From positions 10,292,001-10,356,000 of the forward strand of contig CM102287.1 of the NCBI GenBank assembly GCA_046563655.1: a stretch of DNA of 64,000 nucleotides, written 5' to 3'. The position numbers were made by a program, and so were the translations under genes. The notes under the pieces are model-generated. The model had not been told where the DNA came from. It searched no databases and saw only the letters and a program-made list of their open reading frames with translations. Below, piece by piece: positions 1 through 12,200 of the stretch (the first letter of the stretch is position 1; the number at the start of each line of letters is the position of its first letter). Source of the stretch: Yuukianura sp. NJ FZ-2021 (Eukaryota).

Positions 1-616
1 ACCTTTGACCTACGAAATAATTTCGTTGACCTTATAGGTGCTCGGGTCGCTCCAAGACTGGATCTCCAAGTTGAATTTTTCATGTTCGTTCGTATTTCAA
101 ACGAAGGAGTGGACAAAGAGACACTTTGTATCCACGAACGCCAAATTGTACGTTTTCAAGTTTAGAATTTTACAATTTAGGATGGGAATTTTTTTTTGAA
201 AGTTTTGAAAATTTTAAATTCTGGTATGAGGTGATTATGCTGTACGGATTCACACCAAGTCCAGAAATCCAGATTGTGTTGACGCTGATTGGTTGCTTCC
301 TTCTGCTGACTGTGATGTACATCTTCTACGTGTGTTGTCGTCGTCATCGCAAAGTGTGGAGAGCAAATAAACTTAGAATCCTGGGACTGGTTGCAGATCA
401 TTGTCGACACTTTCCCAAGGTCAATCAAGGAGGGCAAGGACTCTGTCGAAGCTCATCGTCGAAGGGACTCCATCATCCTGTCCCTTCAAGGGCACCTCAA
501 AATCAACAGAAATCGTGTCCAAAATACCCGAGTCTCAGCCGGAACAAGAAGAAGATGAGTCGATCGGAAGTTCGGGAGACAAGTCGAGCCTATCCGGAGA
601 ATCGGAAGGATCCGAC
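1..616 (+). pseudogene. Degenerate duplicate of the 3' exons of the CATSPERG-like gene; starts before the window
   Basis: Direct repeat of about 17175-17794, including the TM exon (MLYGFTPSPEIQIVLTLIGCFLLL). It carries two +1 indels versus the intact copy (ctgggactggttg vs ctgggatggtgg; aatcaacagaaatc vs aatccctgaaatt) that break the frame. Confidence 0.75.
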
Positions 617-1394
617 AGTCAAAGGTCACTCAGAGGTACGCCATTTTGGATCCTCCGTTGGAGGCTCAACGTCGTTGGCTGGAGTGCTCCCTTTTCCTGT
701 ATCTAATTGGCTTGTAAAACCTAAGGTTAGGTTAGCCTAACTCGAATTAGGTTAGCCAGTTCTCCTCTTCGTAAATAGGTCAAAGGTCAACAGAAATTGT
801 TAGGTTATTTCTTACTTGATATGGATTGGTGACAGTCGGTGCCTGCCCAGTCATGAAGAAATTCGTTAGTGGAGATGAAGCCTGACCTTGGCTTTGACTA
901 CTGTGACCTTTGTTTGGGTCACCTGGAGTTCCCTTGTTCGCTGTAGTAGGATCCATTCCAAGAATTTAATTTAATAGATTGTCTCAACCTTAACCACACT
1001 CTGTCTTCTTCACAAATGCGTCTTTTTCTGGAAGGTGACTTCCAGACGAAGGGAATTTGTGAAGGGGGAGAAAAAGTAGGAGACTTTTGCTCCTAATCAG
1101 AGATTGCTAATTTGCAGATCTCTGATTCGCAAATTTTCATTCATTTGTTCATTTAGCTCACCTGCAGTAAAGTTGCAACTTGCAAAAAGGAATTCTTTGG
1201 AGTTGCCTTACGAGTCCGTTGACAAGACCGACCGTGACAAATTACAAACTGAAACTGACGCTTATTAACATGGAATTTTTCAGTTTCCTTTTGAGAAAAG
1301 AAGAGTAAAAATAAGTCCAGCATTTTGAGGCAGGTCGTTGACTTGAGTCTCAAAATAAATCGTTTTTAAAAATAGGTTTTGAAGAAGCCTTTGT

Positions 1395-3327
1395 TTAGAA
1401 ACGGTGGAAGGAACTGTTGAGTCCAACCGTTGGAGAGGCGGCGTTTGTGACTCCTCCCAAATGCTTCATGACCTCTGCCTTCCCAAGACTTTTGGCACAA
1501 ATCGTAACGTGGTGGTTGACAAGGGCGTTGGCCAAGTGGATCTTCTGGGGAAGGAGGATGTCAAGGGCGTAGTTTCCGGAGGGCGTCGCTTTGTACAACG
1601 GCTCTGGTCGGAAAGAGTGGCGACAAGGTCGTCCAGCCTCCACTTCCCACTCTTCTGGTTCTGGAAGTGACCTAGCGGTGACCTCTTCTTGGGGTGACCT
1701 CAATGACGGGGCTGGAGTGACCGGTCTCTCTTCAAATTCAAATTCCCCCGCCATTTCTCCACCCTCTTCTGCTGCATAGTTGGCATGGAAGGTGGGTCCA
1801 CTCATCCTGGCATGGGCAATCCAAGCCTCAATGTCGCCAGTCTCCCCGTCTTCTCCTTCAAACAGCTTCAGAGTTGGCACAATTCCTTCTCCGTCTTCTT
1901 CCACAAGGCGTTCGGGGGGACACCATACAAAGGGAGGAGGTGAGTCGCATTCTGTCGTGGACAGGTCAACGGATGACCAGTCGCTGTCCAGGTCACCAGC
2001 GATCGAATCGCTCCGAGCTACGCACTCCACTTGGGCACAACTGAGTCGACGCAGATCCTCTTCTGTCACGGTGATCATCTCATGGACAGAACGAACTTCT
2101 CGGAGATGGAAAACAGATCGGAAGGACTCGGTGGGAATGTGGGCATTCAGAGGAGTGATTCTGCCAGGTAGAATGTCAGAGTCATCAATATCTTCCAACT
2201 GGGCCATTTCTGCCTGCAAGATAGAAAGAAAAGGTCATTGACCTTTCACCTTTGACCTTTCATTTTGTGTCACTTACTGCAGTTGACTTCTTTCTGTTGG
2301 ACGTTCCAGGGCAACTGTGTCCCATGCTGCGCAGAAATTCAGCGTAGAACAGCATCTTGCAGCGGCGATTTCTGATTTGCAGTTTTCCGATAAACGGAAA
2401 CGGAAACTCAATCGGCTTTCCACAGACCAAAGCGCGAGCAAACGTCTAAATATAAAAAATAAATATAAATTAATAACAATTATTTATTATTAATTAATTA
2501 AAATAATTAACTTTTCACTCACTTGAAGCACTTCAGTCACAATCCCATCCACAACGACCCTTGACACCTTCGCTCTCACTCCCACTTCACTCAGATTCAG
2601 CAGTGATGCTGGAACCTACAATTTTTCAAACTCCAAACTTAAAATTCCAAATTCAAAAATTCAAAATTCAAAATTCAAAAATTTTCTTACTATTTTGAGA
2701 AGATTAATTTGAAAATTCTAAGAAACTCACTCTGAAGCCGCAAATTTGATCCGAGGGATCAATAATCTTGTACCGCTCCACGAGTGTTTTGGACAGCACA
2801 AAGATCGGAAGACGCTGAAGAGCGAAGCGATTGGGATCAGCCTTCAGCGTCAGCTTGGAAACTACTGTAGTGAGCGTGCCGAGTCCAGGAATGTCCACGC
2901 CCGACCCCTGCCGCATCCTGCTCTTGATGTAGTGACTGATTTGGTTCCAGACACGAATGACATCGGATGAATACGACGCTTTCTCATACAGCGATTGGTC
3001 CCTCTGCTGCGTCACTTCGTAGAAGGACAGTCGCAGTTTCCCTGCGCCTGCGTCTTCTTCATCCACTTCATACACGACGCTGTCTCGCAAATGCGCTTCC
3101 GGAGCAGCGTCTCCTCTCCATTCAGCGACGCCGCTGCGCTGTGGATGACGCTCTTGCTCCTTTTCATCAGCGATCAGCTGCTCTGCAGTGTCAGTACTCT
3201 CTTTCTTCGCTTTTGCTTCGGAGGAATTCCGATTCTGAAGAATTGTTTGGGATTGGCGAGGACCCAAGTTCAAAATGGATTCAGCGTCTCCAGCAGCCGA
3301 ACCTTTGTCAATTTCAACTTTTTCCAT
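1395..3327 (-). CDS. CCDC81-like protein (two HU/IHF-like domains plus acidic low-complexity tail), 4 exons; 3' end uncertain
   Basis: Spliced product contains VIRVWNQISHYIKSRMRQGSGVDIPGLGTLT ... VPASLLNLSEV ... FARALVCGKPIEFPFPFIGKLQIRNRRCKMLFYAEF, matching CCDC81 N-terminal HU domains. GT-AG introns at about 2730-2618, 2522-2447 and 2276-2214. Confidence 0.7.
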
Positions 3328-3628
3328 GATTCCAGGGAAAAATCCAGTGCTCCAAATCCTAAAAAAATGAAAAAGTTAAAAAAAGCTGTTCGAATTTCGA
3401 AAATTTGGAAATTGTGTTGTTGTACTTACTTACTTGATCAATATGAAACGACTTCTATGGAAACTAATCATACTTAGCACGTTTTTAGAAATTCAGTATT
3501 TTGAAGAAAACGCTTCTTCTTTATTTTTCAATTTACTTTCACGCTCTCAGTGTGAATACAACAATGTTTAGATATTTTTTGAAAAAATGTTTAAAAATTG
3601 AAAGTTTTTGAAATTGGAAAAGTTGGTT

Positions 3629-4362
3629 TCATGGAAGTTTTGGACAAGTCTTGTCCTTGACGATTTCTTGTCCAAAGAAATTGTTGGTGATGAAAGAAGA
3701 GCAGAAGAATGGCTCCACCTCTCCGCATTTGATCACCAGTCGACCAATCCCAGGAAAGTGGAACTCCACATGTGTGTCTGTCACCAATGCACGTTTGAAG
3801 GCCTGTTCAAACAAACATGTTTTAAAAAACAAACTCAAAAAATGAAATTTTGAAACGGAAATTTTTAGAACTGACCTGGATGACCTCATCAATAGAAGCC
3901 TCGACACAGGCTCTTGGTATTCCAGTGTCGCACGTGATCTGGGATAAATTGAGAGCGGTGTCTGGAACCTAGAAGGTGACAATTAATATGTTATGTTATT
4001 AAATATTTTTTATTATTTTATTATTATTATTATATTATATTTGAACTTACGTCAAAGTTGAATGGTGGTCGCCGGGCCTTGAGATCGTACATTTTGACCA
4101 ACTCTTCGCTGATGAGCATGTAGGGCACGCGTTCCACGACGACCTTCTTCTGGTTGACTTGTCTCGTAAACACTTTGTAAGTGAAGGTCACGAACCCTGG
4201 AATCCGAACTGCCCGACCAGCTCCGAGTTGAGTTTCGATAAACTCGGAAACTTTGACCCACACTTTCTCAACATACGCAGCACAAATGACCTTGCCCACT
4301 TTGGGGTAAGCGTTCTTCTGAGCCTCCTCCACTCGACCACAACAGTCGAAAATGATCGGCAT
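3629..4362 (-). CDS. Short CCDC81-like protein (HU-like domains only), 3 exons
   Basis: VEKVWVKVSEFIETQLGAGRAVRIPGFVTFT ... VPDTALNLSQI ... AFKRALVTDTHVEFHFPGIGRLVIKCGEVEPFF. Its introns fall at the same protein positions as in the neighbouring paralog. Confidence 0.7.
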
Positions 4363-4531
4363 CCTGCCACAATCCACAAATTGAACAGTCTTGTGATTAG
4401 TTTGATTAATCAACAGTTGAATTCACGATTGATTTGCTCCGGATGAAAAGAAAATGACGGATGCGAATGATGGAGGAAGATGACAACTCCAGTCAAAGTT
4501 TGTTGACAGTTCAGTTATTGACAAAACTTGG

Positions 4532-4545
4532 GTCGTCATGGTAAC
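4532..4545 (-). promoter_or_regulatory. RFX X-box upstream of the short CCDC81-like gene
   Basis: Minus strand reads GTTACCATGACGAC, fitting the X-box consensus; about 170 bp upstream of the ATG. Confidence 0.6.
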
Positions 4546-4570
4546 GACAATTTGAAGAAACTTTTATTTT

Positions 4571-5842
4571 TTAGATTTTGGGCTCCGTTAGAGCAAAGGA
4601 AGTGCCACCTCCACATGCGATGGTCACTGCTCGTGTTGATGTCGACAGAGGAACGATTGTTGGCCTTTCAATGACAGCGACGTTGTTTCCAGGAATACCA
4701 CAGTTGTCATGTTCATTCCATCCCCAGGAATAAACTGATCCAGATTCTCCAATGACCAGGTTATGCTCAGATCCACAAGCAATGAACAAAATACGTTCTG
4801 GAAGACCTTGGACAAAACCGGGAACTGCGTCGTAGTCTAAAGAAGGATTGCTGCAAGGTCTTCCCAACTGACAAAAGTTGTTTCGGCCCCAAGACATGAC
4901 GAGACCATTCTGAAGAAGCACTAGAACATGATTCCAGCCACACTGAAAGTCCTGCACGACGATATTTCTCGAATGATCTTCAATTTGGAACAATTTGATA
5001 AAATTTGGAATCAAATTTCCTTTGACTTGAGCCGATTGGTCCCCCAGCATTCCAAACTTGTTCCAGCCACAACCGTAGAAACATCCATCTTGGCCTAGCA
5101 CAATCGTAGAGCTTTTGCCACATCGGACTTTGATTGGTTTGAAACTAATGTTAATGTGGTCGTTTTGAGTTGGTTCAGCAATGAGCTTGAAATCCAGATT
5201 TAACCCGGTTTGACCTTTGGAATTGTCACCCCAAGATATTAGATTTGAGTCGCCAGTTATCGCTGCAGCGTGTCTCATTCCTGCAGCAATTTGAACAATC
5301 GACTCAATTGGAATTTTGTTCCAGGAAGGCGAGAATTTGGCCACTGACGATTCAGAAGTATTTCGTCCCAGTTGGCAGTACGTGTTGTCACCAACGGAGT
5401 ACAAAGTTCCAGCAGAATCCAGGAAAAGGCTGAAATCCCAACCGGAAACAAGCGATTCGTGAACGTCATAATCCGAATGCTGGCGTTTTGAAGTTACTTT
5501 AGGCAGTACTTGTTCCTTTGGACATTCCAGTTTCGTAGAAATGAGACCAAGGTGATGAAAGACGTAAGCTCCAGCACCAGATCTGTCAAGAACTACCGTA
5601 TGCGACCCCCCGCCGCTAATTAGTGGAAGGGAATTCCTGTGATCGGTGTGTTGGACATGAAGGTCTAAAGTGTTTATGACAGTAGGAAGTGACACTTGCT
5701 CTGAACTGAACCCATGACCTAGCTGACCTAAAAAACAATTTTACAATCAGTTTCAGTTGTTTTTTATAGACATTTTGACAGGGAAATAACATTCGTTTGG
5801 TAACTAACCTGTAGTATTTGCACCCCAGGAGTACAGTCTCAT
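4571..5842 (-). CDS. SERGEF: RCC1-repeat protein, secretion-regulating guanine nucleotide exchange factor-like, 2 exons
   Basis: Exon 1 MRLYSWGANTT, intron 5808-5728, then GQLGHG... Several RCC1 repeats (VSGWDFS..GDNTYCQLG, AAGMRH..WGDNSKGQTG, CGWNH..WGRNNFCQLG, ACGSEHNL..WGWNEH). Confidence 0.75.
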
Positions 5843-6356
5843 CTCTCATACCCTGGACACGTTAACTTCAGCTGATTAAAACAAATTAATCAATTAATTT
5901 AATCCATTAATTTACTAAATAATCTTAATGTCTTACTAAATTTAACTTTTTTTATTTGATTTTTATTCTTGTGTCTTGATTTCATTTTCACATTTGAATT
6001 TTTCAACAGATTTCCCGCCTTTTCGTCTCAAGGGAAAGTACAACAGTGATGTCTAATTCTCAGATAACTAAATTAACAGTTTCGCACTTTTCGGAGGATT
6101 AGAAGCAAGCTGGATATGAACATGAGACAAAAGGGCGGGAACAAATTTTGAAAATTCCGGCAAAACAAGAAGTAAACAAAACAAAAAAGATAAAAACTGT
6201 AAAATTGAAAATCGAATTTATTTTAGTAAAAGTTCTACTAATTAAATTAAATTGATTAATTAATTGAATCAGTCAATTTTGCGTCGATTATCTCACTTTA
6301 CGATAAAGGATTGAATTCAGCTATCATTTTTAAGGCCATCAACTGAGAAGACGACA

Positions 6357-8954
6357 ATGAAATTCGTAAGTCAAAACAATGACATTGTTGGCCTTAATAG
6401 TTGATTTTAACTAATTAGTAATTGGTTGTTGTTTCTAAGTTCAACCTGGGATCATGTTCTCGTCCCTGTGGAATCCTCAAATGGCGAGGGCTGACTATCA
6501 TGATGGATTGCTCTCTCGACCTTTCCCCAATTCTGAACTTCGTCCCGCTTCCGCTAACCGGCAACTCCAAGTTCCACAATGTTCCGCAGTACCAAAATTA
6601 TCAAAATGTTTACGAAGAGGTTAGTCACTAATCAATGTCAATCACAATCACCGTTCACTTTTGATTAACTTGGAGTTTTTAGGAGCTATCGGAGCTAAAT
6701 GGGCACGTTCTGATCAACGGTACACCGCTCTTTGGAGTCCCAACAGAAACGTCCATTGACATTTCAGAGCTAGACGTTATTCTCATTTCCAATTCAGCAT
6801 CCATCCTCGCTCTGCCCTTCTTCACAGAAAATCCCAACTTTACCGGAACAGTTTATGCCACTGAACCTACTCTCAACATTGGGAAGTTCTTTATGGATGA
6901 ATTGGTTGACTTTGTCCAGAATGTCCCTCGGAGTCGAACTGGATTAGGTGCTGGTGCTACCGGTGGAGGTTCGTCAATGGAAGTCGACGGTGACAATTCA
7001 GAAGACGAATATAGTTCGACAAAACCTTTGTCTGTCTTCCATCTCTTGAATTCCGGACTCAATTTTCCGGTGAAGTTGAATAACAATTGTTTCAACAAAG
7101 AGCTCCATGAAATCTATACAAAGAAGAGCATCAGTGAGGCACTGCTCAAAGTCCGGATTGTTGGCTACAATGAACATACAGTAAGCATCTCACATCTAAT
7201 TAACTCAAAATTAGTTAATTAATCAATTAATTAGTCTAATTTTAATCAGTTTTAATATATTTTAGGACATTTTTGGAAAACTTCTTGTAACTGCAGTCAG
7301 TTCGGGCTTTTCTTTGGGCAGTTGCAACTGGATCCTGAAAGCAGAAACGAAAAAAATTGGCTACATTTCTTCATCTTCTACACTCACGACTCATCCAAGG
7401 TTCAGAATTTTGAATTCTAATTTCAAAATCATGAAATTTTGAAAACAATGAAATTTTGACTTTTGTCAAAATTTTAGTCAAATGGAGCAGGGACCGTTGA
7501 AGGACTGTGACATGTTTCTGCTGACTGGACTAAACAAAGCTCCTACGAATGTCGCTGATCAGTCGCTGGGTGAAATTTGCCTTACTGCCGTAACGACTTT
7601 AACTGGAGGAGGAAACGTCATTTTCCCATGCTATCCTTCTGGAATCGTGTACGATCTGTTTGAATGCTTGGCAGCACATCTGAGTGCCAATCGCTGTGCA
7701 CAGTATCCCTTCTACTTCATCGCTCCACAATCAGAAACTTCTCTTGCCTACTCTAACATTTTGTCTGAATGGTAAAACTCAAACTCGTCTTTCAAAATTC
7801 AAAACCAAAAACGATTTTTTTTTGAAATTTTAGGTTATCAGTCGGAAAACAAAGGAAAGTTTACATTCCAGAAGATCCATTTCCGCATACAGAGTTGGTG
7901 AAAACGAACAAGTTGCGACATTTCAAAGCACTTCATGAAATTACCGATTTACGACAACCCTGCATCCTCTTCTGTGGACATCCAAGTCTCCGTTTTGGCG
8001 ACATCGTCCACATTGTCGAATCTTGGGGCACAAACAGTGCCAACACCATCATTTTTACAGGCAACCTTAAAATTTTCAAAAAAAATTTTTTTTTCAAAAT
8101 TTCTGAAAAAAGCGAATGCTTTTTTTAAAGTTTTTTGAATTGACAGATGCTGATTTGCCTTACATGGAGTGTCTACTACCCTTCCAGCCGCTGGCAATGA
8201 AAGCCATCTACTGCCCAATCGACCCGTCGCTCAACTTTTACCAAGCGAACAAATTAATCAAAGACTTGAAGCCACGCATGCTCGTCACTCACGAAGAGTA
8301 CTTAAGTCCCCCCAAGAACTTTCCGTCCAGAACTGACCTGGTCATTGACTATCCCGTTGTGCACAAGTTGTCACCCGGATCCGTTCTGTCACTTAAACTC
8401 AAGCGGAAGGGAGTAAAAACTTTGATGGATCCAAAAATGGCCAAAGATGTCGATCCGAGCTACAGAAATTCCAAAGGCGACACTTTTGCATCCACTATCA
8501 CAACGTCACTTCAAAACAAAGACAACAAAAACAGACTGGTCAAGGTAATTAAACTAAATCAAAATTTTAAGTTTTTCAAATTTTGAAAAAAAAAGTTTGA
8601 TTTTGAAATCAGCCACTGCTGGACTTGTGTGACCCCATGAAAGTCCCACCACTGAAGTACACTTGGGGAGCCCTTGACGCAAGCCTTCTCATGGAAAAGT
8701 TGAGTTCGGAAGGAATGAATCCTACCGTCCAACAAACACCGACTGGATGTATCATCAACATGGTAAGTATTTTTTGAAATTTGGAATTTTGGAAATTTTG
8801 AATTTTGGAAATTTTGAAAATTTGGAAGGTGCAAGAGCGGGCTACGATTCAGATTGATGGAAATTCAACTGAGGTGATTTGCAAGAAAAATGACCTTGGA
8901 GCGACCCGAGGAAAACTTCGACGTCTCCTTCTGTCCTCCCTCACTGAATTCTAA
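6357..8954 (+). CDS. INTS9: Integrator complex subunit 9 (MBL/beta-CASP fold)
   Basis: Motifs [79 protein letters not shown]. Exons join in frame; one intron has a GC donor (8061). Confidence 0.93.
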
Positions 8955-9093
8955 CTCGTGATTATTCATTATTTATTCCACATTTATTATTATATTTATT
9001 ATGTTAATCATGATTTGTACTAAGAGTTGAACTAAAGTTGTCTTTTTCTCTCTTTTTGAGTTTATCTTCCAGATTTTTTTTAATACCTCGAAT

Positions 9094-9107
9094 GTTTCTA
9101 TGGCAAC
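9094..9107 (+). promoter_or_regulatory. RFX X-box upstream of the CATSPERG-like gene
   Basis: GTTTCTATGGCAAC, a close match to the X-box consensus, about 140 bp upstream of ATG 9245. Confidence 0.7.
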
Positions 9108-9244
9108 CTGAACCTGGCGACCTTATCATTTCTAACAACAACAATATTTTGGTGGTTCACAAGATGACAACTTTTCAACTGACAAGTTTTTGGCAGTTTC
9201 AGTCTTGAAGACTTGGACTGGAAAGATCACTTGACCGCTTCAAG

Positions 9245-12200
9245 ATGACAGCGCTTCTCTATCTTGTCTGTTTTCTTCTGAAGTTGTCCCTCACCTTTGG
9301 AAAGTTGGAACCAGAACATCGGTTTTGTTGCGACGCCTTGAAAATTGTCCAGTTTGGTCATCGACCACAAGAGTGTCTGACAGTGACAGAATGCGATGAA
9401 CGGGAAGAGCGCAGCAAGGAAATCGTTCGTCTCTACGGCTGCACCGATCCAACGAAAGAGGCTCAGTCTATCAAGTTCCCATTTGCTACGATCCGGACAG
9501 ACCGATCCGACGGTTGGTTCGCCATGGGCGACCCGAGTCGTAATGGGCAGAAGTGGGAATGGGACACAGCGAAGGACAGACCAGTCATTTCCAAACCCAG
9601 TGGTGGGTTGATTCTGAATGATTCTTTCAGTAAGGAGGACGACTCCTTTCATGACGGTGACCAAGTCGGTCCGATCTTTGAGTTGCTTGGATCCGAACCG
9701 TACGAAGTGCCTACGTATGTCAACCTCTATGCCGAAACATGTCGAGACTACGATCAGCAAGCGGTTGGCTACCAAAATATCCCTGGAAACCAAATCTACG
9801 TTGCCATGGACCTGTCGCAGTATACCGAATGCGAGTACGTCGTCCACTTCAGTTTTGCAAGGGACCCTTACAAGGTACTTACGTTCTACAAACGTTTTAC
9901 GTTTTAGAAACGTTTTAAAACGTTTTACGAACGTTTTACGTTATACAAACGTATTAGTTCTTCAAGCTTTTTACGTTTTACAAACGTTTTTTTTTAAGTT
10001 TTTTTTTTTTGAAAAATCGTCTTTGGTTTTCTCTTTTTAGGTGACGTTGCCGTACTTTAACGAACGTGATGAGCAAGAATCCAAGGATCAGCTGGAAGAT
10101 CCTACGTCAACGTCATTTTTTGACGAAGTGACGACGCAGGGCTCTGCTCGTGGGTACTTTGCCTTTCCCTACTTCCTCATTGTGCGTATGGTTTGCCAAG
10201 ATGAGGGTTACTACGGAGAAGAATTCTACAACGTTGCTGTGTCAGCTCAAAATCCGCCAGTGGATTTGCTCTACATTCCAGCAACGTCAAGAGCTCATTT
10301 TGAAAATCCCATTTTTCTGAGTATGACCTCCGTCCTCATTAATCTGGAGCAAGATGAAGAGAAAGTGATGGTTCCAGATCCAGATCCCGACTTTGACTCG
10401 GTTCTGCGCAACCGCAACTACGTTTCTCTGACGAACAAGGACAAGAAGATTTGCTACCTCAATTTGTGTCAACCAGCATACGCCATTCCACAACCTTTTC
10501 TCCAAATTCCTATTCTCCAGGTACCACTTTTTCAAAAATCTTTCGTAATTTTGAAAACTATAATTTTGAAAACTTTGAAATTCCGTCCAGGTGACAATTG
10601 CTGATGATCGGAACGTAGCCAAGTACGAGAGAAACATTTACGTGAATCCGTTCCATGCCAGAACTACTTCTGGAATTGGGGAAGTTTATGTCGGGAGGCA
10701 GTTTGAGACGATGGGCGTGTCTGGTCCTGGAGTGAACGTCACTTCGGTCCACCCTCGCTACTTTTTCCCAAAGGTCAGAGTGACTGACCTTGACCTGGAC
10801 TTGGAACAGGAGAATCTCCATATCTGTACGGTCTCGGAAGCAGCCAAACTGAACTACGAAGTGGACATTCCAGCTAGTTTCTACTTGGAAGGAAGAGAGG
10901 ACATGCTGGACTGGGTCGTCAAGGAAATGGAAACTATGAAAAAATCTCTCCCGCTCACCAGAGATGGTAACCTTTGACCTTTAAGTTGACCTTTAGATTG
11001 ACCTTCCTTGACCCTAAAACGATTTGTGGTTGTTTTAGATTTCTTTTTGCCGCAGTACACTTGGGGAACTGCTCCGGTTGTAGCAATTGCTGGCTTCTAC
11101 CAACCAAATCTAGTTTTACTCGGTAAGACCAATCTTTATTTTTGAAATTCCGGTTTATTTCAATTAGTTTTTCGACCTTCGACCATCATTTTTCTCGTTC
11201 TGCCTCATTTTTTCAATTTCTTTCAAAAGAATCAGCTAGTTCTAGTAAGCCTTCCACCACTTTTTGAAATTCGGTAGCATCCAGGGTACGACGTGCTTCT
11301 TCCAGGATTGTCCAGATTTCTCGTAAAGCGGAGTTGACCCGTGATTCCGTTCCACTCTCCTAAAATTATTCAAAAACTACATTTTAGTGATCAGTTTTTT
11401 TGAAACTACTGGAATTTCTAAAAAGTACTAACCTCAATTTTTTGACGAACGTTAGCTGGTGGTTTGATTGTAACCATTTCGATGAACTTTCTAGGCTCAA
11501 ATTGACTCTGAAATGAACGTTTTTCTAATCTTTCAAAAATTTTCCAAATCCGACAAGGTTGCCTTTTCCTTTTTAGAAATTTTTTTTTAGAAATGGAAGT
11601 TCGACTTTTGTCGCTCTGCGGGAGACCATCGCCTTTTCTGTTTCGAAAAGTGGATTCTTTTTTTAAAAATCCACTTTTCAAAAGACTTTTTTTTTGGAAT
11701 GATGGATTTAGATTTGACCCTTGGGGTCATTGACCTTCTTACTTGTTAGCTTAATCCGAAGTTAGGTTAATCTCATGGCCTGGAACTATTCAAAATGTGA
11801 AAATAATTTGTGTTTATTCCAGGAGATCCAGAGATGAGTACGATCAACTTGATTGAATGGGGGTTCAATCCTAGGACAGACGTAGACGCCAGGATCTTCG
11901 ATGCTAAGGGCCCCTGTCTCTCGAGTGAGCCCTTCATCAAGGTCAACTCCAAGGCCACCACGCCCCCAACTGTCCAGAAACCAATGTATGCTCAGAGACA
12001 GAAGGACGAGTTGAGGAGATACTTCCCTGGACGAAGGGCCTACCTCCCCACCAACTATGATGTATGAACTAAACTAAATATTAATATGTTAAATATTAAT
12101 ATAATAAATATTAACTATTTAACAATTTGTTTAATTTAGATCAACTCTCGACGTGCCATCTTTGAAATCATTTCGCTGGAGGACCGACTTTTACTCAAGA

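Noticed and set aside
126..740. 204-aa ORF in the track as a novel protein
   Set aside because: It is a chimera of intron sequence, the duplicated TM exon and frameshifted sequence of the CATSPERG copy.
9227..9847. Long antisense ORFs over coding exons (also 1780-2241, 2995-3477, 44718-45248, 56532-57017)
   Set aside because: These are shadow frames of real exons with no recognisable motifs.
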